Of a stretch of DNA of 64,000 nt, positions 18,660 to 27,827 are shown piece by piece. Under the pieces are notes generated by a model. It worked only from the letters and a program-made list of their open reading frames with translations, had not been told where the DNA came from and ran no database searches. The DNA comes from Elusimicrobiota bacterium (GTDB lineage: Bacteria > Elusimicrobiota > Elusimicrobia > 2-02-FULL-39-32). The stretch covers positions 22,451 to 86,450 of the forward strand of contig JAKFYJ010000021.1 in NCBI GenBank assembly GCA_021730935.1, read 5' to 3'. The translations under genes were made by a program, and so were the position numbers. Positions within the stretch are counted from its first letter, which is position 1, and every line of letters begins with the position of its first letter.

Positions 18660-19756
18660 AACGCCTGGGATATGTTGCCGCGCTTCTTTTGATTTTCTTT
18701 GCCGCCGGTGCCCGCGCCGCGTTTGAGCCGAAAGAAATCGGTCCCCGGGCCATCGGGTTTTCCGGCGCTTATTCCGCCGCCGCAACGGACGCCTATGCTC
18801 CCTTTTGGAACCCGGGCGCTCTCGGCCGGATCAAAGCCAGAGAAGCCGCCTCATTTTATAGCCGCGCTTTTGCCCTGGGAGATTTGGCTCAAACAGGAAT
18901 CGCCTATGCCGACAAGACGCGTTTTGGGAACATGGCGTTCGGCTTCACGCAGTTCGGCTCAAAAACCTATCTGGAACAGGAAATGATTTATACCCACGCC
19001 TATCAAATCACGCCGAGACTCAGCGCGGGATATAACCTCAAGATGCTTCTTCTCCGCATCGAAAATTTCGGGTCTTCCGTGAAATTTGCGATGGACCTCG
19101 GACTTGAAGGCAAAGTCTCTGAGAGGCTGGACCTCTCTCTGTCAGGGAAAAATATCAACCGTCCCGCGTTCGGTTCGCAGAAGGAAGAGATCTCCTCGAT
19201 CTGGACTTCCGGGTTCGTGTTCAAAGTCATGCCGGGACTTCTTTTCGCGTGCGATGTGGAAGGTTTGGGAACGCCCTCCGCCCGCCTGAAATCCGGAATG
19301 GAAGTGGACTTGAGCCCCGCTTTCGCTTTGCGCGGCGGATTGCAGAGCGGGCCTTCCCGTTTTTCCGGCGGGTTCCGCGCCAGGCACGGCAACCTGTCTC
19401 TGGATTACGCCTATCAGCATCATCCTTTTCTCCCCGGATCCCACCACATGGGCCTCAGCTACAGCTGGGGAGATCCCGAAAGCTTTGCGGGGTTTCTCAA
19501 CATAAAAGCAGAAAAGAAGCCGGCAAAAAAATCCGCGGCCAAAATTTATAAGTTCAATGAAAAAATGAACCTCATGACCGCCTCAAAGGAAGAGCTTCTT
19601 CAAATTCCGGGAATCGGCGAATTCACCGCCGAGAAACTGATTGCCTATCGCGACCAGGTCGGGCTCAAAACCATCGACGATGTTTTATATATCCCGGGCA
19701 TGACCAAAAGAATTTTCCTGCTCATCAAAGACACCTGTTCCGTGGAGAAACCGTGA
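18656..19756 (+). CDS. PorV/PorQ-like outer-membrane beta-barrel fused to a C-terminal ComEA-type helix-hairpin-helix domain
   Basis: Signal peptide, then a PorV-type N-terminal motif (AIGFSGAYSAAATDAYAPFWNPGALG) and beta-strand periodicity. The C-terminus has LLQIPGIGEFTAEKLIAYRDQVGLKTIDDVLYIPGM, a ComEA-like HhH. The ATG overlaps the upstream TGA (ATGA). Confidence 0.6.
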   Translation: MKRLGYVAALLLIFFAAGARAAFEPKEIGPRAIGFSGAYSAAATDAYAPFWNPGALGRIKAREAASFYSRAFALGDLAQTGIAYADKTRFGNMAFGFTQFGSKTYLEQEMIYTHAYQITPRLSAGYNLKMLLLRIENFGSSVKFAMDLGLEGKVSERLDLSLSGKNINRPAFGSQKEEISSIWTSGFVFKVMPGLLFACDVEGLGTPSARLKSGMEVDLSPAFALRGGLQSGPSRFSGGFRARHGNLSLDYAYQHHPFLPGSHHMGLSYSWGDPESFAGFLNIKAEKKPAKKSAAKIYKFNEKMNLMTASKEELLQIPGIGEFTAEKLIAYRDQVGLKTIDDVLYIPGMTKRIFLLIKDTCSVEKP

Positions 19757-20328
19757 GGGCTTTTCTTTTCCCTCTCATCCTCATTTGTCTCGCGGTTCCG
19801 GCGCGGGTCCAGGCTTCGGAGCCTGATTGGGATGACCCTGAGAGTGAAGCGGACGCTCTGCCCGTTTCCAGAGAACTGACCTATGAAACTTTCGGCCGGT
19901 CCTCGGGGTTTCGGAGCCACAAATGGCTTCTGTCTCTGGCCCAAAAAAAAGGAATGAAGACGGGCGTTTATCTCATCCGGGACGAATACACAACTTCCCC
20001 AATCGAGTCTCACATGCTCGGCTTTTATGGAAGCCGAAATTTCAGGCGGGTGGGGGTCCGGGGAAGCTATGCCCTCAAAGACAAATCGCTCGCGGGGCCT
20101 CAGGGAAAAAATTTTGTTTCCGGAGGCCTGCGCGTGAGTCCTTTTCCGAATCTTGACCTGGTCGCGGATTATGACCGCATCCAGGACGAATATCTGACGG
20201 GGGAAGACGACAGCGAGCGCGAAACTTTTTCAGCCGGGTTCAGCCTGCGGGCGGCCAAAGCGTTCCGCATGAAAGTGGTCTATTCCGGAGAAAACCGGAT
20301 GAGAGCCAAAGTCAGCTATCGCTGGTGA
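19753..20328 (+). CDS. outer-membrane beta-barrel protein (hypothetical)
   Basis: GTG start overlapping the upstream TGA, a signal peptide, and a C-terminal ...KVSYRW aromatic terminus. Confidence 0.45.
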   Translation: MRAFLFPLILICLAVPARVQASEPDWDDPESEADALPVSRELTYETFGRSSGFRSHKWLLSLAQKKGMKTGVYLIRDEYTTSPIESHMLGFYGSRNFRRVGVRGSYALKDKSLAGPQGKNFVSGGLRVSPFPNLDLVADYDRIQDEYLTGEDDSERETFSAGFSLRAAKAFRMKVVYSGENRMRAKVSYRW

Positions 20329-20361
20329 CGGTTGCGGAGGCAAAAATGATAAAATATCCTC

Positions 20362-20811
20362 ATGAGATCAAGGTTGCCGTTATTCCTCTCTGTCCTGGCC
20401 CTTGTGTCCGCCTGCGCGCCGTCCCAGAAATATGTTTTTTATCAGTATACTCCGCTGGAAGGCGTCAAAAGCAAATCTCTTGACCGCCTGAAATGGGAAA
20501 ATGAAGTTCAGCCCGGCGACGACATGTCCAAAGCCCTGATCCTCCAAATGGACAATGCGAGCACGCACCTGGTCCAGATCAAGGGCGCGGAAAAAAACCA
20601 TATCCACCAATATCACGATTCCACTGTTTTTATCCAATCGGGGACAGGCCGGATGTATCTGGGAAAAACTTCGTTTCAGGTGGGCCCGGGCGCGATCATT
20701 TTCATTCCCCAGGGTCTCGAACATCACTATGTGAACGGAGGAGCGGAGCCGACCAGCGCGATCGCGGTCTATTCTCCTTCTTTCGACGGAAAAGATATTA
20801 TTTACAAATAG
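20362..20811 (+). CDS. cupin-domain lipoprotein
   Basis: Lipobox LALVSAC plus a cupin motif GAIIFIPQGLEHHYVN. Confidence 0.6.
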   Translation: MRSRLPLFLSVLALVSACAPSQKYVFYQYTPLEGVKSKSLDRLKWENEVQPGDDMSKALILQMDNASTHLVQIKGAEKNHIHQYHDSTVFIQSGTGRMYLGKTSFQVGPGAIIFIPQGLEHHYVNGGAEPTSAIAVYSPSFDGKDIIYK

Positions 20812-20831
20812 GGTCGATTCATGAATCGACC
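20812..20831. terminator. perfect 20-bp palindrome between convergent genes (candidate bidirectional terminator hairpin)
   Basis: GGTCGATTCATGAATCGACC equals its own reverse complement. It lies exactly between the cupin gene stop (20811) and the nuclease gene stop (20843). Confidence 0.45.
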
Positions 20832-20842
20832 TTTCACGGTCT

Positions 20843-21343
20843 CTATTTGTTCTGTTCGGGGGGCTTTTTGATGTCTTTGAAAATGTCTTCCGGTTTAAGG
20901 TCCGAAAGTTTTTTGCGGAAATCATCCACTTCTTCTTTCGAGATGGGTTTGAGGAGCGGCTCGCATTGCTCGAACACAGAGTCGTCCACGAAAAGCGGGG
21001 AAGAAGACCGGAGGGCGAGCGCGATGGAGTCGGAAGGTCGGGCGTCGATTTCCTGAACCGTTCCGTCCTGCTCAACGAAGATGGACGCGTAAAACGTGCT
21101 TTCTTTGAGTTCCGTGATGACGACTTTGGTGATTTTTGCGTTCACAGCTTTCACGAAACTGACCATGAGGTCATGGGTCATGGGCCGGGGCAGATGAACG
21201 TTGTTGAGGTGCATGGCGATTGAGTTTCCCTCTGCGGGCCCGATCCAGATGGGGATCAGACGCGGGCCGTCCATCTCTTCAAGGACGATGACATATTGCG
21301 ATCCCAAAGCCACGAGGGAATATAAATTGACGGGTTTGAGCAT
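20843..21343 (-). CDS. bifunctional nuclease (DUF151) family protein
   Basis: 166 aa with ...IWIGPAEGNSIA...RPMTHDLM...ARPSDSIALAL motifs typical of the DUF151 nuclease family. Confidence 0.7.
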   Translation of the reverse strand: MLKPVNLYSLVALGSQYVIVLEEMDGPRLIPIWIGPAEGNSIAMHLNNVHLPRPMTHDLMVSFVKAVNAKITKVVITELKESTFYASIFVEQDGTVQEIDARPSDSIALALRSSSPLFVDDSVFEQCEPLLKPISKEEVDDFRKKLSDLKPEDIFKDIKKPPEQNK

Positions 21344-21364
21344 CTTGCTCCAAGGTTAACAGAT

Positions 21365-22063
21365 ATGAATAAAAGATTCAAGTGTATCCTTTTTGATCTG
21401 GACGGCACGCTTTTGTCGACGGGCGGAGCGGGAATCCGCGCGCTGGACAGGGCGTTTTTCGAGCTTCATGGGCTGGAAAAATCGCTGGACAGGATTGACC
21501 CCGCGGGCAAGACGGACCCGGCCATCATCCGTGAAATTTTCAGACTCAAACTGGGAAGGCCCTGCGCCGCGGACGAGATGGAAGCCGTCCAGCAAAGATA
21601 TCTTCAGCACCTCCCCGTGGAATGCCGCACCGCGGACGACTATAAAATTATGGAAGGCATCCCAAAGATCCTTGAGCACATTCAATCTCTGGACCTTGCT
21701 GTCGGCCTCGGGACGGGAAACATTGAAAGCGGGGCCCGAAAAAAGCTGGACCGGAGCGGCCTCAACAAATATTTCCCTTTCGGCGGGTTCGGCTCTGATT
21801 CCGAAGACCGCCCGGAACTCCTCAAAATCGGCCACGCCAAGGCTTGCGTTCATTCAGGGCGCGACATCCCCAAAGAAGACGTCTTCATCATCGGCGACAC
21901 GCACCTCGACATCTCCGCGGCCCGCAAGGCGGGGTTCAAGGTGATCGCGGTCGCCACGGGAAATTTCACCGTCGATTTTTTGAAATCGCACAATCCGGAT
22001 CACGTGCTGCCCAACTTTGAGAACCTGGAGGAATTTGTTGGCATCATCCTTAATGGGAATTAG
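21365..22063 (+). CDS. HAD-superfamily hydrolase (phosphoglycolate phosphatase-like)
   Basis: Motif I ILFDLDGTLL and a downstream IIGDTHLD motif. Confidence 0.8.
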   Translation: MNKRFKCILFDLDGTLLSTGGAGIRALDRAFFELHGLEKSLDRIDPAGKTDPAIIREIFRLKLGRPCAADEMEAVQQRYLQHLPVECRTADDYKIMEGIPKILEHIQSLDLAVGLGTGNIESGARKKLDRSGLNKYFPFGGFGSDSEDRPELLKIGHAKACVHSGRDIPKEDVFIIGDTHLDISAARKAGFKVIAVATGNFTVDFLKSHNPDHVLPNFENLEEFVGIILNGN

Positions 22064-23192
22064 GAAGTTCTCCGCAGTCGTTCTCGCCGTTGTTTGTCTT
22101 GCAAGTGTGTCCGTCCCGCTCTCCGCCGTTCAGCCTCCCGCCGTCAGCACCGCGCTTGTTCCTGTCCCGGACTCCGCCGTCCCCGTGTTTAAAGACGACG
22201 GAGATTTGAAAACATTGGGAAATGCCGTCCAACACAGCCTTCAATATTATTCCGGTCTTCCGTCCACCGCCTCCGTGATGTTCGGCGCCGATGCCGCGTC
22301 CCCCAAAGAACTCGAGTCCGGCCTGCTGGCTTTTCTCAGTTTTTTGAGGACGCATCCCTCCCTGGACGCAGTGAACGCCTTCATCAAAACTCATTTTGAG
22401 GTTTATCGCTCCGCAGGTTCTGACGGCTTGGGCCGGGTCACTTTTTCGGCCTATTATGAGCACCGCATGAAAGCGGCTCTTTCTCCGTCGGAAAAGTTCC
22501 GATACCCCATCTATTCCCGCCCGAAAGACCTGGTCTCCGAAAATGGTTCGTTTGGACGCCTTGACGGAACTCGACTTCTCCCTTATTATTCAAGGGAAGA
22601 GATTGATTCCAAAGGAATGCTCAAAGGGCGGGGTCTGGAAATCGCGTGGGCCGACAACCCCATCGATATCCTTCTCCTCCAGATTCAAGGTTCAGGGTGG
22701 CTGGAAGTTTTGGGATCCACCGAGACTCTGCACATCCGCTATGCCGCGGACAACGGTTTGCCCTATCGGTCGGTGGGGCAATATTTGATCGAGTCCGGCA
22801 AACTGCCGAGACTGAATTTTTCCAGGGCCGTCATGACGGATTATTTGAACAGGCTGTCCAAAGAAGCCAGACAGGAGATGCTGAATCAGAATCCCAGATA
22901 CATTTTTTTCGAGATTGTTTCGTCCACAAACCCGACGCGAGGTTCGCTCATGGTCCCTCTGACGGCGGGCCGGAGCGTGGCCAGCGATCCCAAAATTTAT
23001 CCGCCCGGCGCTCTCTCCTGGATCAAAATGAACGGCATCGAGAGATTTGTCCTCAATCAGGATGAAGGCGGCGCGATCAAGGGCCCGTCGAGGATTGATT
23101 ATTTTGCCGGAGGCGGGAAAGAAGCGGAAAAGCTGGCCCAGTCCGTCTGGTCCGGCGGAGAGCTTTATTTCTTCAGGTCCAAACGCGAATGA
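22053..23192 (+). CDS. mltA: membrane-bound lytic murein transglycosylase A
   Basis: Signal peptide and a C-terminal DEGGAIKGPSRIDYFAGGG 3D-domain motif. Start taken at ATG 22053, which gives a better signal peptide and overlaps the HAD gene end by 11 nt. Confidence 0.7.
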   Translation: MGIRKFSAVVLAVVCLASVSVPLSAVQPPAVSTALVPVPDSAVPVFKDDGDLKTLGNAVQHSLQYYSGLPSTASVMFGADAASPKELESGLLAFLSFLRTHPSLDAVNAFIKTHFEVYRSAGSDGLGRVTFSAYYEHRMKAALSPSEKFRYPIYSRPKDLVSENGSFGRLDGTRLLPYYSREEIDSKGMLKGRGLEIAWADNPIDILLLQIQGSGWLEVLGSTETLHIRYAADNGLPYRSVGQYLIESGKLPRLNFSRAVMTDYLNRLSKEARQEMLNQNPRYIFFEIVSSTNPTRGSLMVPLTAGRSVASDPKIYPPGALSWIKMNGIERFVLNQDEGGAIKGPSRIDYFAGGGKEAEKLAQSVWSGGELYFFRSKRE

Positions 23193-25375
23193 AATTAAAA
23201 CTGTTTCACAAGATCGCTCTCTTCTCCATTCTCCTGGCCACCCTTCCCGCGGCCATCGTCGGCTGGCAAACCGCGACCCTGAACCGCGAACATCTCGAAA
23301 ACAATATTCTGGAACTCCACACCAACCTCGCCAATTCTCTGGCCCGCAGGATCGATTTTTATCTGGACGGCGTGACCGGAAAGCTCCGCGCCCTCATTGA
23401 AAGCCTCCGCATCCAGGGCATTTCGTCTCCGGCCTCCATTCAGGCCTTCCTCGATTCCAACCATGAGTTCGTGTCCTTTTCTTTTGTGAACGCTTCCGGC
23501 AGGGAAATCATGAAGACCGTCAACGAAATTTACGGCGAAGGCCAGAGTTTTGTCTCGCATGCGGACGATCCTCTTTTTAAAACGTATGCCGCGCAGGAGG
23601 CGGGGGGCGTGATCGATCCCAAGTTTATGCTGTACTTCGAAAAGGGAGAACCCCGGCTTAAAATTTTTTATCCCTATGACCCTTCGAGCATCAAGCGGGG
23701 CTCCCTCATGATCGTGATTTCTCTCAGGGAACTTTGGGACGACATTTTAAGCGAAGGGGCCGGCGTGGGCGGCGGAGGCAGGCACATTTTCATTGCGGAC
23801 CAGTTCGGAAATTTGATTGCCCATTCCGATCCCTCAACCATGAAAAAGATTCTGGAGTCCGGACCGATTCCAGCGCCGGACCATCCGCTCGTCAGAGAAG
23901 CCCTTCAGGCCAGGACGATTGGGTCAAAGGAGTTCAAGGATTCCATGGGGCAGGACATGGTCGGATCCTATGCTTTGGTGAAGTGGACCGGCTGGGTGTC
24001 GGCAATTCAGCAGCAGAAGAAAGGCGCCTTCGCTCCGATTTATCAAACCCGCACCCGGGCCTGGATCGTCATCATCCTCTCCATCCTGCTCGCAGGCGTC
24101 TCGGCCATATACCTGAGCAAGGGCCTTTCACGGCCGATCTTTGAAATCATCGAGGCGGCGCGCAAGGTGGCCGAAAACAATTTTGATCAGCAGGTGAAAA
24201 TTTCTTCCGACGATGAGCTGGGAAACCTGGCCGAGACCTTCAATGAAATGGTCTGGGCGCTCCGGAGTTATCACGATCTTCAGGTGGACCGGATCATCGA
24301 GGAGAAGACGAAAACGGAGTCCGTCATCTTTTCAATCGCGGACGGCCTGATCATGACGGATCACACGGGGAAGATCCAGATCATGAATCAGAGGGCCGCT
24401 CATGTCTTTGACTTGGATGGAGACAGGAGCAAACAGGCAAACCCGTGGAATTGGGTCGGGAAGAACATATTGGATGTCATCAAGGACGATTCGGTTCATG
24501 AAGTCCTCAAAAAAGCGCTCATGGAGAGCGGGTCGCAAACCAAGGAAATAACCATGACGCACGGGGAAGATGTCCGGCATTACCAGATGTCTTCCGAGAG
24601 CGTGGTGAACCCCAAAACAGGAGCCAATCTTGGAGTGGTCACGGTCGTGCACGATGTGACGCTGGAACGGGAGCTCGACAAAATGAAGGAGACCTTCCTG
24701 CATTCCATAACGCACGATTTGAGAAACCCGATGACATCAATCCAGGGATTCGTCAAAATCCTCATCGAGCAGAAATCCGGACCCTTGAACGATGCCCAGA
24801 AATCCATGCTCGCAACGATGGAGCGGGCCAGCATGCGGTTCCTTTCCATGATCAACGACATTTTGGACATCGCCAAGGTGGAAGCCGGGAAGATGGAAAT
24901 TGAGGTCAAAAAGTTTGATCTGAACCCCATGATTGAATCGCTTCACAGTCTTTATCAGCCCATGGCGGACAAAAGGCAGATTCAGTTCGACGTTTCGTGG
25001 AATGTTTCTCAAAAACCTTTTTCAATGACGGGAGACGAGAATCAGCTTGAGCGGGTGACGGGCAACCTGATCGCCAATGCCCTCAAATTCACCCCGATGA
25101 ACGGGAAAATAAATTTAAGAGTGGAAGAATTTCCGGATAAAATACAAATATCAGTGACGGACAGCGGGCCCGGGATTCCCGAGAGCCACAGGAAATCCAT
25201 TTTTGATAAATTTCAACAGCTGGGTCCCGGCAAACAAAAAGGCGGAACGGGTCTGGGCCTCACGATCTCCAAACATTTCATTGAGCTTCACAAGGGGCAA
25301 ATTTGGGTTGAGGCCGGCGACGGCGGGCAAGGGTCCAAGTTCGCGTTTTGGATTCCCAGGAACCTCGCCGTATGA
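23189..25375 (+). CDS. sensor histidine kinase (periplasmic sensor, HAMP, PAS, HisKA, HATPase_c)
   Basis: H-box HDLRNPMTSIQGF, N/G boxes (GNLIANALKFT, GTGLGLTISK), a HAMP segment and two transmembrane helices. No response regulator is adjacent. Confidence 0.9.
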   Translation: MKLKLFHKIALFSILLATLPAAIVGWQTATLNREHLENNILELHTNLANSLARRIDFYLDGVTGKLRALIESLRIQGISSPASIQAFLDSNHEFVSFSFVNASGREIMKTVNEIYGEGQSFVSHADDPLFKTYAAQEAGGVIDPKFMLYFEKGEPRLKIFYPYDPSSIKRGSLMIVISLRELWDDILSEGAGVGGGGRHIFIADQFGNLIAHSDPSTMKKILESGPIPAPDHPLVREALQARTIGSKEFKDSMGQDMVGSYALVKWTGWVSAIQQQKKGAFAPIYQTRTRAWIVIILSILLAGVSAIYLSKGLSRPIFEIIEAARKVAENNFDQQVKISSDDELGNLAETFNEMVWALRSYHDLQVDRIIEEKTKTESVIFSIADGLIMTDHTGKIQIMNQRAAHVFDLDGDRSKQANPWNWVGKNILDVIKDDSVHEVLKKALMESGSQTKEITMTHGEDVRHYQMSSESVVNPKTGANLGVVTVVHDVTLERELDKMKETFLHSITHDLRNPMTSIQGFVKILIEQKSGPLNDAQKSMLATMERASMRFLSMINDILDIAKVEAGKMEIEVKKFDLNPMIESLHSLYQPMADKRQIQFDVSWNVSQKPFSMTGDENQLERVTGNLIANALKFTPMNGKINLRVEEFPDKIQISVTDSGPGIPESHRKSIFDKFQQLGPGKQKGGTGLGLTISKHFIELHKGQIWVEAGDGGQGSKFAFWIPRNLAV

Positions 25376-26910
25376 TCAAAGCTCTTTTTATTTTCGCCGC
25401 CCTGAGCGCGTGCTTTTATCAGACGGCGTCCGCGAAGGAAGTCCTCCAGGAAATCACCGTCAAAGACGGAGACACGATCTGGGGGATCGCCAATGTTTAT
25501 CTCAAAGATCCCAAAAAATGGCCTGAAATTCTCAAATATAATCAGATCCCATTAAGCGATCCCACGGCGACTCTCCCGGGAATGAAACTCAAGGTTCCGG
25601 TTCAGCTCATCCGCGAGGAACTTCGCAAAGCTGACATCATCTTTCTTCTGAACGATGTGAGATACCGCAAACGAAACGAATCAGAATGGAGAAAGGCCGT
25701 GAAAGACGCGGAGCTGTTGAATGATTATGGTCTGCGCACCCTGGAAGACAGTCAGGTCCATGTCAGGTTTTACAGCGGCGACATCCTCAAGCTGGACCAA
25801 AATTCTCTCGTCGTCCTGCGGCCCGAACTGAAAGTGGAGGAAGTGAACCTCCTTGCCGGAACTCTCCAGGCGGGGCGGGTGAAACTTGTCACTCAGACCG
25901 CTCAGGTCACTCCGCTCACGAAAGACACGCTTTATAAAGCGCGCCTCAGGATCGACAAAGGACTGATCGTCCAGGTGGAACGCGGGAGCACGGAAGTCAT
26001 GGGGACCCTTTCCGGCAAAAAAGTGGTCGTCGGCGCGGATCAGGCCACGATCGCTCATTTCAAGGACGGCCCCATTGAACCGGTCACTGTCGGAAAAACA
26101 TCAGGCATGGAAACTGTGGATTTTGACGCTTCAAACCGGGTGATTGTCCCTGCGGGACACGCCAACATCACTTTTCCTGACAAGGCGCCCACGATTCCGG
26201 TGAAGGTCCCCAATTTGCCGAACTTTGATATGATGGATTTTGACGAGTCCGGCAAAGCGAAAGTTCCGAGCCTTTATGGCAATGAGGCAAAAAAAAGACA
26301 AGGGGGATCTCCTGACATCGCTCCCGTTGCAGGGTATCGTCCGGGTTCCGCGGGCAACATGAAAATCAGCGGAGTGGACGGTTCAGGAAGCCGCGCTCAA
26401 AAGAAAGAAGTGAAAGTCCGAAAATTTTTCCGCATCCAGTTTTCGCTTGAGCCCTCCTTTTCCCGTCCAGCGCTGGATAAAAAGAATCCCATCGGGGTTT
26501 CGGACCCTCTCGGGGACAATAACGAATATGGACTCACCGACGGGATTTATTTCCGGAGGATTTCATATCAGGACAATGAAGGGAACGAAACGGATTTCAT
26601 CGATCTCCCGAAACTCGAGATCGACAACCTGCCTCCCAGATTAATGCTTTCGAAACCCGCGGAAAAATTCACGACGCGGAAACAGTTCGTGCAGGTTGAA
26701 GGGCAGACGGAACCTCAGTGTTTCGTGCGGGTGAACGATTATCAGGTTCCGATCAAACAGGACGCGAAGATCAGCTGGTCTGTGCTTTTGAAGGAAGGCG
26801 AAAACAAGATTTCCATAACGGTGACGGACAAGAAGAAAAGAGTGACGCGGATGGAGAGGACCGTGATCAAACTGGGAGGGTCCGCTCCGGCGGGTGAAGA
26901 AGAAAACTAG
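25372..26910 (+). CDS. LysM domain protein with FecR-like domain, secreted
   Basis: ATG 25372 overlaps the kinase's TGA (ATGA). Signal peptide, then a LysM motif (ITVKDGDTIWGIANVY...LKVP). Confidence 0.6.
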   Translation: MIKALFIFAALSACFYQTASAKEVLQEITVKDGDTIWGIANVYLKDPKKWPEILKYNQIPLSDPTATLPGMKLKVPVQLIREELRKADIIFLLNDVRYRKRNESEWRKAVKDAELLNDYGLRTLEDSQVHVRFYSGDILKLDQNSLVVLRPELKVEEVNLLAGTLQAGRVKLVTQTAQVTPLTKDTLYKARLRIDKGLIVQVERGSTEVMGTLSGKKVVVGADQATIAHFKDGPIEPVTVGKTSGMETVDFDASNRVIVPAGHANITFPDKAPTIPVKVPNLPNFDMMDFDESGKAKVPSLYGNEAKKRQGGSPDIAPVAGYRPGSAGNMKISGVDGSGSRAQKKEVKVRKFFRIQFSLEPSFSRPALDKKNPIGVSDPLGDNNEYGLTDGIYFRRISYQDNEGNETDFIDLPKLEIDNLPPRLMLSKPAEKFTTRKQFVQVEGQTEPQCFVRVNDYQVPIKQDAKISWSVLLKEGENKISITVTDKKKRVTRMERTVIKLGGSAPAGEEEN

Positions 26911-27827
26911 ATTTTTTCAGTAACTTTTTTTCCCAGAAGTCCCTGAGGCCGGAACAGGAGAACGAGAATAAGAATCGCGAAAGCGAAAATATCTTTCCAT
27001 TCCGCTCCGCCGGGGATGAATCCCGCTCCCAAAGATTCCAGCACCCCGATCAAAATTCCTCCCACCACTGCGCCCGTGACGTTTCCGATGCCGCCCAGAA
27101 CCGCCGCCGTGAACGCCTTGATGCCTGGCAGAAACCCCATGTTGTATTTCACGGAGCCATAATACATTCCGTTCAAAAGTCCCGCCGCGCCGCCGAGCGC
27201 TCCGCCGATCAGGAAGGTGAGCGAAATAATCTTGTTCGTGTTGATGCCGAGGAGCTCTGCCGCGTCCCGATCGCCCGCCGTGGCGCGGAGCGCTTTTCCG
27301 AGATGCGTTTTCTCGATGAAAAATTTAAGAGCGGCCATAATCAGAAGCGAAATGCCTATGATAAAGATTTGGAGCGAGTTGATCTGGGCGTTTCCGATGT
27401 TGAATTGGCGGACCGTCATGAGTTCCGGGAAGGGGACGGACTGATTTGAGACGAATAAAAATATGAAGTTCTGCAAGAATATGGAAACGCCGATGGCGGA
27501 GATGAGGGGGGAAAGTCGAGGGGCGTGACGGAGGGGCCGATAGGCGATTTTTTCGACGAGAAAAGCGAGAGCCGCGCTTCCTCCGACGGCAAGGCACATG
27601 GAAATCATTATTTGGAAAGTGTGGGAAAGCTTTTGGACCCAGGGGATGGCGAGGGCGGCCAGAGCAAAAAATGTTCCCGTCATGAAAATTTCCGAGTGAG
27701 CGAAATTGATCATGAGCAGGATGCCATAAACGAGGGTGTATCCGAGGGAGATGAGGGCATAGATGGAGCCCAGGGTGAGACCGTTGATCAGTTGTTGTGA
27801 GAGAGTTCCCCAGAGGGAATCATTCAT
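26907..27827 (-). CDS. livH: branched-chain amino acid ABC transporter permease (LivH family)
   Basis: 306 aa with 8-10 transmembrane helices and a LivH-like EAA region. No livM/G/F partner genes are adjacent. Confidence 0.8.
   Translation of the reverse strand: MNDSLWGTLSQQLINGLTLGSIYALISLGYTLVYGILLMINFAHSEIFMTGTFFALAALAIPWVQKLSHTFQIMISMCLAVGGSAALAFLVEKIAYRPLRHAPRLSPLISAIGVSIFLQNFIFLFVSNQSVPFPELMTVRQFNIGNAQINSLQIFIIGISLLIMAALKFFIEKTHLGKALRATAGDRDAAELLGINTNKIISLTFLIGGALGGAAGLLNGMYYGSVKYNMGFLPGIKAFTAAVLGGIGNVTGAVVGGILIGVLESLGAGFIPGGAEWKDIFAFAILILVLLFRPQGLLGKKVTEKI

Noticed and set aside
20380-21075. 231-aa minus-strand ORF spanning the cupin and nuclease genes
   Set aside because: It overlaps two genes with clear family signatures on their own frames and has a highly basic Arg/Ser-rich translation.
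21393-21944. 183-aa alternative-frame ORF within the HAD hydrolase gene
   Set aside because: Same strand but a different frame from a gene with HAD motifs I-III. Its Arg/Ser/Thr-rich composition marks it as an artefact.
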